A stretch of DNA of 64,000 nt from Magnetococcales bacterium. Its GTDB lineage: Bacteria > Pseudomonadota > Magnetococcia > Magnetococcales > JADFYX01. The stretch covers positions 24,708 to 88,707 of the forward strand of contig JADFZU010000003.1 in the NCBI GenBank assembly GCA_015232365.1. Direction: 5' to 3'. Below, piece after piece: positions 9,021-17,000 of the stretch. Position 1 is the first letter of the stretch. Each line of letters opens with the position of its first letter. The notes beneath the pieces are model-generated. The model ran no database searches. It saw nothing but the letters and a program-made list of their open reading frames with translations, and was not told where the DNA came from. The position numbers were made by a program, and so were the translations under genes.

Positions 9021-11483
9021 TCATTTGATTCTATAGAGAGCGTGCCAAGCAGAACGAGCAACAAGAGGTAGATCAAGCTCCCAGTTCGGTGGCGTAACAA
9101 TACCATATACATTATATTTTTTAGATATTTTTTGCCATGTTACAATATCTCTATTTTCCCATACTTCTCTAGCAAAGCCTCTATTATCTTCACATTTATG
9201 TGTCGGATCGAAAAGGTAACAGCTATCTTTTTTATTAAATAGCTCAAGACCATATACATCTTTTAGCATTTTCTGAATTTTCGGCATCTCATCTGGGAGG
9301 TAAACTACCCAACCATTGAGTGTTGCTGCATAGATTAAGGTCGGCTTTCTTGACCAAATTTGGGACATACGTGAGATACTGGCGGCAGTTAATAAAACCC
9401 CTGGAAGGTCCTCAGCCTTTTTCCAAAAATTTATATCTTCATCAGGCTGCAACAACGGGTGTCCGTATGGGCTGCTATTTTGCATATGGATATAGCTTTT
9501 ATGGATTAACCCACCAGCAGAAGATAGAGTGATGATCAAGAATCCAGTCAAAAGCAGAGAGGCCGAATAGCTCCTATATTTTGGATTTACATCTGACGGT
9601 TTTTCCCCATTATCAAGATCTATTGATAGTATAATCGGTAGAACAGAGATGCCACACACTCCGATAAATAGTAGGTCAAGAGGCCATGTCCGCCATAGAA
9701 TATATACCACCAAAAAAGAGGTGGCAGGAACAATGGTCCATGCAACCAGCAACCAAGGTCTAGTTGGAACAGTTTTCTTAATTTTAAAAGAGATCTTGCT
9801 ACTGACAGAGCGACGGTAAAGCACCAAAGCAATTACCAGTCCCAAAATAAGCATAACTCCAAGAGGATGTCGCCGAAACTCCCTTACCAGCACAAGAGAT
9901 CCAACTAAATTGACAACCAGATATCCTGCTAAAAAGTTTATTATCTTGTACTTTGCTTTGCTGTTTGCACATCTGCTCTGCTGAAATGTACTCCATAAAA
10001 AAATGGTTGTTGCTGTACCTATAGCAATAAAAACCAACAACTGGTGTGGATCTTTATAAAATAGAAACCGTAGTCCATAGACAACAAAAAAAACCAAAAT
10101 AGGTGTAAACCCAAGCAAGAGTTTCTGTGCTGGTTCAACTATTCGCTGCTCAGTATTTATTAGTAGTGAAGCTTGGCGGGCCTCATAATCAAAAGCCAAC
10201 CATCCAGCAGCAATAACTGACAAAAGCAGATCAAAATCAAGGAGAACTCTTGTTGGCTCAAAGGCAGCAAAAGCAAGAATAAAAATCAGTGCCGCCTGTG
10301 TTACACCCCTGCCAGAATTAAAAAGGATAGCGATTAATGTCAACCCACTCAAGGCTATAGGCAAGGTTATGAAACGGTTGGGGATGGTTCGCAAAAAAAG
10401 ATCTGGAAGCACCCAACCACCAAGCTTATAAACAAAAAAAGCAACGGCTCCAAACAGAGCTGAAAGCACTAACGCCATCAGCATTAACGGCTCCATGTCA
10501 CGGCTGTTTTTTTTCACGAGAAAAATAGACACTACCACTACCGGAATAAACAACAATGTATGAGATATAGAAACCCAGTGTTTTGCAGACAGGTCAAATT
10601 TTGTGTGGGTATATTGCCATAATACCTTTAATGCTGCTAGATAGTCAGCATCGACAGTTGCTGCGGATGGTATGGCACTACCATACAAATAAATATGCAG
10701 CAAAAAGCTGGAAGCTGTTATAGAGAGCCCTAACAACAAAAATTTATAGCTATGGTAGATCTTATCAAGAGGCCATTTTGAAAACCTTGCAAATAGCAGT
10801 GTGCAGCCCCAAACCCCCAGATACCAAGCTCCCCACAATATATGGGTGGCTGGTGTCAAACCTAATAAAAAAGCAGCGAGACCAACCCTTCCCAGCCCAA
10901 CCAGACCAAAAATCAAAGCTCCTAAAGCCAAAGCAACCTGGCTGTAAACATACATACCGTTTGGAATCACTGAAAAATCTGAATATCCAAAATAAGCAAA
11001 CGATTCCAAAAACAGTATAGCCGTTAGAAGTGCCAGAGGTATATTGCGGGTCAGAGCCAGAACAATAGAGGCAAAACCTTGGAAAAATAGTGCTAGAATC
11101 AAACAGCTAAAGAAGACAGAAACCTGGGCTTCATTAAAGCCAATAGCCAGGAAAAAAGCTGCCAACTGTTTAAGGATGCTCCAACTCTGTTCAAACATCA
11201 CCTGATTTGGCGAGCCAGATTGGTATTCTACTATGCCGGCCATGATCTGCCCCCCGGCAAGCACTCCTCTCCATGTGGCATTGAACAAGCCAAGAGCAAT
11301 ACCCAAAAGAGTTGAAAGTACAAAAAAGCCTCTCTCACCTTTCAGGTCATACCAAGTAAACAAATTTATAAAATAGGAAGGTAGTCTGCTGCTTAAGTAC
11401 CGGTTAAGTCGTGATAAATCTGGATTTTTCAAAAAAACATCTGCCACAATGACTATCACTCCCCTACATTTTCCAGGGTACAA
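9021..11483 (-). CDS. Large polytopic inner-membrane protein with C-terminal soluble domain (possible GT-C-type lipid-linked-sugar transferase)
   Basis: 820-aa ORF that is almost entirely hydrophobic helices for about 640 aa, followed by a roughly 170-aa hydrophilic C-terminal domain. TTG start; the true start is uncertain. The function is inferred only from context next to the ArnC-like GT2. Confidence 0.6.
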   Translation of the reverse strand: MYPGKCRGVIVIVADVFLKNPDLSRLNRYLSSRLPSYFINLFTWYDLKGERGFFVLSTLLGIALGLFNATWRGVLAGGQIMAGIVEYQSGSPNQVMFEQSWSILKQLAAFFLAIGFNEAQVSVFFSCLILALFFQGFASIVLALTRNIPLALLTAILFLESFAYFGYSDFSVIPNGMYVYSQVALALGALIFGLVGLGRVGLAAFLLGLTPATHILWGAWYLGVWGCTLLFARFSKWPLDKIYHSYKFLLLGLSITASSFLLHIYLYGSAIPSAATVDADYLAALKVLWQYTHTKFDLSAKHWVSISHTLLFIPVVVVSIFLVKKNSRDMEPLMLMALVLSALFGAVAFFVYKLGGWVLPDLFLRTIPNRFITLPIALSGLTLIAILFNSGRGVTQAALIFILAFAAFEPTRVLLDFDLLLSVIAAGWLAFDYEARQASLLINTEQRIVEPAQKLLLGFTPILVFFVVYGLRFLFYKDPHQLLVFIAIGTATTIFLWSTFQQSRCANSKAKYKIINFLAGYLVVNLVGSLVLVREFRRHPLGVMLILGLVIALVLYRRSVSSKISFKIKKTVPTRPWLLVAWTIVPATSFLVVYILWRTWPLDLLFIGVCGISVLPIILSIDLDNGEKPSDVNPKYRSYSASLLLTGFLIITLSSAGGLIHKSYIHMQNSSPYGHPLLQPDEDINFWKKAEDLPGVLLTAASISRMSQIWSRKPTLIYAATLNGWVVYLPDEMPKIQKMLKDVYGLELFNKKDSCYLFDPTHKCEDNRGFAREVWENRDIVTWQKISKKYNVYGIVTPPNWELDLPLVARSAWHALYRIK

Positions 11484-11511
11484 ATCTTAATCAAGAAAAG
11501 AGCTAAAAAAA

Positions 11512-12111
11512 TTATTCAATGCCCTTTACCACATCATGGGTAATGCTCTTCACAAGCCCGGCAATTTCACCTTTTAGCTGGGTGACCTCCTCGCCCTTTT
11601 CTGCTAAGGTTTCCATCCTTACCTTCTCTACTTCAAACAGTACTTTCTCCTCAAGAGAGAGTTTCAAGTCATCAATTTTTTGCTCGTACTGTTTGTCTAA
11701 ACGGGTTTGTAGCCGGGACTTTTCTCTCTCCATCCAAGCCTCTAGTTTATCAACGGCTGCCTGTTTTTCGGCTCCCATCTCCACGTCAAGCTGGGTAAGC
11801 TTTTGACTCTTGATTATGTCAACCTCTCTGTCAATAATCTCCAGCCTTGTCTTTTTATACTCACTCCAATCAGCTTCCATTTCAACTCGGCGCTTCTCTC
11901 TCTCTTCTCTTATCTTGACGCCATACTCTTCAATCTGTTTTTCATAACTTTTCCTAACCTCTTTAACCATACCGTCAAGTAGAGACTTTTCAGTACTCAA
12001 GCCGGATATTGCTCGGATGAGAAGATCTCGCTTAGCAGTTAAATTCCCAATTTTTGCCCCCATTTGGTATAAAAACCAAACCAGAATGACGATTCCAATT
12101 AAAACGAGCAT
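11512..12111 (-). CDS. Membrane-anchored coiled-coil protein (unknown function)
   Basis: One N-terminal helix, MLVLIGIVILVWFLYQMG. The remaining ~175 aa are Glu/Lys-rich with heptad character (EEREKRRVEMEADWSEYKKTRLE...). ATG with GGAGAA 5 nt upstream. The gene lies 28 bp upstream of the 820-aa gene. Confidence 0.65.
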   Translation of the reverse strand: MLVLIGIVILVWFLYQMGAKIGNLTAKRDLLIRAISGLSTEKSLLDGMVKEVRKSYEKQIEEYGVKIREEREKRRVEMEADWSEYKKTRLEIIDREVDIIKSQKLTQLDVEMGAEKQAAVDKLEAWMEREKSRLQTRLDKQYEQKIDDLKLSLEEKVLFEVEKVRMETLAEKGEEVTQLKGEIAGLVKSITHDVVKGIE

Positions 12112-12271
12112 AAAATTTCTCCGAACTCTCTTTAAATACTAACCTATTCAGTTGATATATACTTTAACATAGATTTGACCGTTGTTCGCACATCACTGGT
12201 GTAACATCATGATTTACCTGATATACCAACATGTTATACCATTAATACTCGCCCAACTGCCAAATCCAGGT

Positions 12272-13405
12272 TTAAACTTCCTGGTCCAATCTGGTAATCA
12301 ACTCTATCCACTTCATCCTGGCATCAGTACCGTTTGTAAACGAGGTAATAATAGCAACGGCATCAGTAGTAGTCTGCCGGTGTATTTGCTGATTTGAGAT
12401 TTCAAGAGTAATTTTTTTCTTTGGAAAATCAATCTGCTGTATCGAGTGCACACGTCCATCTGGTGCACGAAACTTTACCCCATGCATAGAGACATCCCTG
12501 GCAAAGGCTCTAAAAATCTGGCCGTTAGTTAAAATGCCTTGCACAACCATTGCTTCTGGTGGAACCTTTATACGCAGAGAAAAACGCCTGTCAAAACCAA
12601 CAGGACGGGACGCCCTTACTCTAGCACTTTGATCTCCAGCCGGAGCAGCAGAGTCGGCAACAGCTTTGTTGTATGGAGCTTGAACAGGTTCAGCACTGAC
12701 AGATGGAGCCATATGGAGTGTTGCTCCGTATGCTGTGTATGTAAAAGGAGAGCTACTCTTCTCAGTATTGGGTTTTTTGAAACCCTGTCCATGATTTTGA
12801 TTAACACTACCTGTAGTATGCTGTTGTGGTTTTGATTTTCCAGCCGCCTCTTTTCCATCCCTTGTTACAGCCATTATCGCTCCAACAAGAGCAAGAGGCA
12901 TCAGAAAACCTGCACCAAATCCAACTGTTATGGAGGTAATAGACGGCAGCAAGCCAGTAGGGCCGGCAAAAGCTACCATGCCAGGAAGCACTGCAGTTTT
13001 GCCAATAATTGATTTTCCCAACCAGAAATCTCTAATGGAGCTGGTTGGGGTAAGCACAGCTCCTGGCAACATAACTGCACCTGCCTTACTTTTGCCCAGA
13101 CTACCAGTAACACCAGAGAAGCCTTTACCTCCGCCGGCTACACCAGACAAACCTTTGCCTCCTACAGTTACGCCTGCCCCCACCTTCCCTGCTCCAGCGA
13201 CACCCGTAAGACCTTTACCTCCTGCGGATGGCAACATGCCCAGACCAGCTTTGCCTTTCCCGGCAGCCCCTGCGGCTGTACCAATATTATTGCCACTGTT
13301 TAATGGTACTGGTGATGGAGTAACCACTTCCACCTCTCCAGATGTAAAGGGAAAGATTTGACTCATTCTGCCAAGAATTTCACTGCTCACGTCAACTTTA
13401 CTCAA
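12272..13405 (-). CDS. Gly/Lys decapeptide-repeat membrane protein with C-terminal PilZ (c-di-GMP receptor) domain
   Basis: PilZ motifs RRFSLR (RxxxR) and DVSMHG (D/NxSxxG) lie 26 aa apart in the C-terminal ~110 aa (nt 12272-12604). A hydrophobic stretch spans aa ~138-181, and Gly-rich repeats span aa 41-110. The TTG start at 13405 is preceded by AAGGGAG with a 7-nt spacer. Confidence 0.75.
   Translation of the reverse strand: MSKVDVSSEILGRMSQIFPFTSGEVEVVTPSPVPLNSGNNIGTAAGAAGKGKAGLGMLPSAGGKGLTGVAGAGKVGAGVTVGGKGLSGVAGGGKGFSGVTGSLGKSKAGAVMLPGAVLTPTSSIRDFWLGKSIIGKTAVLPGMVAFAGPTGLLPSITSITVGFGAGFLMPLALVGAIMAVTRDGKEAAGKSKPQQHTTGSVNQNHGQGFKKPNTEKSSSPFTYTAYGATLHMAPSVSAEPVQAPYNKAVADSAAPAGDQSARVRASRPVGFDRRFSLRIKVPPEAMVVQGILTNGQIFRAFARDVSMHGVKFRAPDGRVHSIQQIDFPKKKITLEISNQQIHRQTTTDAVAIITSFTNGTDARMKWIELITRLDQEV
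13076..13285 (-). repeat. About 30-bp periodic coding repeats (Gly/Lys decapeptide units) inside the PilZ gene
   Basis: Protein units GGKGLTGVAG / AGKVGAGVTV / GGKGLSGVAG / GGKGFSGVTG. On the plus strand these appear as acaccagagaagcctttacctcc / acaccagacaaacctttgcctcc / acacccgtaagacctttacctcc. Confidence 0.8.
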
Positions 13406-14055
13406 AACATAGCTCCCTTACAAAAAAATGAAATGAGGAGGTGGTTGATAAAAATCACAATTTTAGCTACGCACAATCCATAGAATGCTAACATTTTTTT
13501 AGCCTATATGATACTGTTTTTGCTATACATCTTAGATCTTTGAATGTTAACAGTATTTTACATAATTGAGTGAATTTATCTACATAATCCATACACTTAC
13601 ACAGGCAAGCATCCATTTTGGGTGCAGAAGATGTTTTTTTTAAAAATATGTGTTAGTATGAGATCTTGTTAATAATATATTTCTAATAATAGGTTGAACA
13701 GTTAAAAACAAACCCAACCAAGACATAAAAACACTATTAAGACAACGCTTTAAAATTTGTTTTACAGCACCAAAGCAGACTGATGCAGGTGTGGGTGGAG
13801 ATAGAAGAGTGAATAGAGCAGTGAAAAGGCGACTAAAAAATCTACCTAAAAGAAACTATCGATCTGTGATCGCCACCCCCCCTGACCTTCATGCCCCTCA
13901 AAACAGACTACATCAAAGAGTAGAATTCATCATTTCAAGCCAACTATTAGAAGCGACCTGCGGCTACGAAAAAGCTCTTGAAATCCAGTCGATAAATATA
14001 ACGGCGATTTTTAACGCCGGCTTTGCTCTGCAACCATTAGAGAAGGGTATTAAGA

Positions 14056-17000
14056 ATGGACTCCATTCTCCTCGTTGACGAATCAAACAGCTTCTCTACC
14101 ATGTTTATTTACATGGTTGCTGAAACATTAAATGTTAATATTGTTGTGGCGGACAGTTATGCCCAGACTGTTGAGTTGATCAACAGTGCTCAAGAGGTAT
14201 TTTCTACTGCTGTAGTTATGCACTCTCTCCATGATGCAGCTAATGGAGAGGCTGTAGATTTTGTTATATCCCAGGGAATACCCTGCTTTGTTTTATTAGA
14301 CGCTAATAAAAAAGATCTTCGCGATCAATTATTGAATACTGGAGTATTAGACTGTTTTTTCAAAGATAGCCATAGAGTAGTAAACTCGATAATCAGAGCT
14401 GTTGGGAAATATCTCCGCAACAAACTTATGCATATTCTGGTTATTGACGACTCCAAAAGTATTCGGGTCCATTTAGAGCAGCTACTATCACGGCACGGTT
14501 ATGTTGTTTTCCTAGCTGAAGATGGTAGAGAGGCACTAAAGGTAATTGCTGGTCAAAAGATTCATCTGGCAATTTCAGATTATCAGATGCCCAACATGGA
14601 CGGTCTGCAATTTGTCAAAAAGTTGCGAACCAAGTTTCTACCTGATGAGTTAGGGGTTATTGGCCTCTCATCTTTTGAGAATTCTGACCTTGCTGTACAG
14701 TTCATGAAATTTGGTGCCAATGATTTTTTAGTAAAACCATTCAAGCCCGAAGAGCTGTTATGCCGGGTATCTCAAAATATTGAACTAATTGAACGACGCA
14801 AAGAACTCGGCAGTTTAATTGAACGCCACCGCTCTATCCTTACCCACGCCTTAGATGCAATCATTACTACAGATGATACTGGCAGGGTGTTGGATTACAA
14901 CCCTGCTGCTGAACTGCTTTTTGGCCACAAAAAAGAGAGCGTTCTTGGCCAGAATATTGATCAACTAATCGTGCCGGCTGAGTATATTGAGCAACACAAA
15001 AAAGCTTTAAAGCATCGCTCTACTCTGAGCCATGACTTGCCTTCAATAAAAAGACGCATAGAGCTGCCAGGGGTTCGTTCTGATGGCAAGATTGTCGATT
15101 TACAGATATCTCTCACCTCTAATATTGCAGATCACAAGATCAACTACACCGCATTCATCCAAGACATTACTGACAAAAAACAGCTATTAACCTCTCTGCA
15201 AGAGACATTGAATGTTGCCGAGTCTGCTAATCTTGCTAAAGATGAGTTTCTCGCCAATATGAGCCATGAAATCAGAACGCCAATGAATGCTGTTCTCGGC
15301 TTTACCGAACTGGCTCTTAAAGCCGAACTACCAAAAAGAGTCCAGGACTACCTGGAAAAAATTGAGAACGCTTCCCGCTCTTTGATGGGAGTAATCAACG
15401 ATATCCTTGATTTTTCAAAAGTTGATACCGGACATATGCAACTTGATCCGGTAAAGTTTGACCTGCAACAGCTCTTCGACCATCTGGCTGACCTATTTAG
15501 CAAACAGATAGCTGATAAACATATTGAACTTGTTTTTTTGGTTCCAGACGCATTTGATAAGGTTTTGTTTGGTGATGTATTACGTCTGGAGCAGATTTTG
15601 ATAAACTTGATTCGTAATGCTATCAAGTTTACCTCCAAAGGTTCAATAATTGTACAGTGCACCCCAGAACTTGCCGATGATAACCACTATAATCTCAAAT
15701 ATTCGGTAACAGATGACGGCATTGGCATAGAAGAAGAGGTGTTGCCAAACCTGTTTGATCCATTTGTCCAGGCAGACGGCTCTACAACCAGAAAATATGG
15801 AGGTACAGGGTTGGGGCTTTCAATTTGCAAAAAACTTGTAACACTAATGGGTGGGAATATTGGTGTCACAAGCACCCTGGGAGAGGGGAGCGAAGTTTTT
15901 TTCAATGTTTTGGTCTCTCTTGTTTCAGAAAACAAGCGTGCGAAAGATTCAATTCCCAAAGAGTTATGGAACAAAAAAACCCTGTTGGTAGATGATCATC
16001 CACAATGTCAAAAACAAATTTCTGGCCTGTTAGAGTCCGTAAATTTAATACCAACACTTTCCAGTTCAGGAAAAGAGGCACTAACAGAGCTAGTAAATGG
16101 GATAAAAGCCGACGCCCCCTACGAGTTGCTTTTTATTGATTGGGACATGCCTGGTAAAGATGGAATTACCTCAATAGTGGAAATATCAGCCACCATTAAA
16201 GCGGCATTTCCAGAGGCACAACTCCCAACGATTTTTCTTCTTACTCCTTTCGGCATCGAATATATCAAGACTGAAAGTGAAAAACTCGGTATTCCCAATT
16301 TTATCGACAAACCGGTTACCAGGGCCAGACTGATTCGGGGCATACTTCAGGCGTATGAAGAAAAACCCAACTCAGTAAAAATTAGAGAACATATTATTTT
16401 AGGCCATGAGGTGGATACTGGGGAGAAGATTTGCGGAGGTAGAATTCTCCTGGTTGAAGACAACGATATAAACCAACAGGTTGCGTTGGGGCTTCTGCAC
16501 CGGGTCGGACTGATAGTCGACATAGCTAATAATGGTCAAGAGGCTTTGTCCATGATTAAACAGCTACGCTATGATGCAATCTTGATGGATATTGATATGC
16601 CGGTTTTGGATGGGTTGGCGACAACCAGACAGATCCGTTTAGATGAGCAGTTCAAAGATATTGGCATTGTTGCCATGACTACCAACTCCGAAGCTGATGA
16701 GATCAAATTGTGCTTTGATGCTGGCATGGACTCATTTTTAAACAAACCAATCCGTCCAGAACGGCTTTATGGTGTATTGGCAAAATTAATTAACAAAGTA
16801 GATATTAATGTCAGTCCTGACTTTTTAACAAAAGAGAGTAATAGCGATGATCTGCCAAATATTGTTGGGATAGATATTCAAGATGGACTAAGCAGGGCTG
16901 CAGGAAACAAAAGGCTTTACCGCCGTATACTGTCCCGCTTTCTAAAAGAGCATAAATATACAACCGAAAAGGTTCGCCAAGCTATGAATGGTGGCAACCT

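Noticed and set aside
12930-13361. 143-aa Pro-rich plus-strand ORF (…PEKPLPPPATPDKPLPPTVTP…)
   Set aside because: It is the antisense mirror of the Gly-rich repeat region of the PilZ gene (GGN codons read as NCC). It has no start signal, and the minus-strand gene has a strong SD and clear PilZ motifs.
13609-13641. Hairpin GCATCCA-ttt-TGGGTGC followed by a T8 run, preceded by CACAGGCAAGC. This superficially recalls the start of a c-di-GMP-I (GEMM-I) riboswitch or a terminator.
   Set aside because: The T-run is separated from the stem by 8 nt and the loop is only 3 nt, so it is a poor intrinsic terminator. The second GEMM hairpin and the conserved ACGCAAAGC-type element are absent.
13791-14078. 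95-aa plus-strand ORF overlapping the start of the giant kinase
   Set aside because: It has a GTG start without an SD and basic low-complexity sequence. It runs out of frame into the well-signalled kinase start. It is most likely non-coding 5' region.
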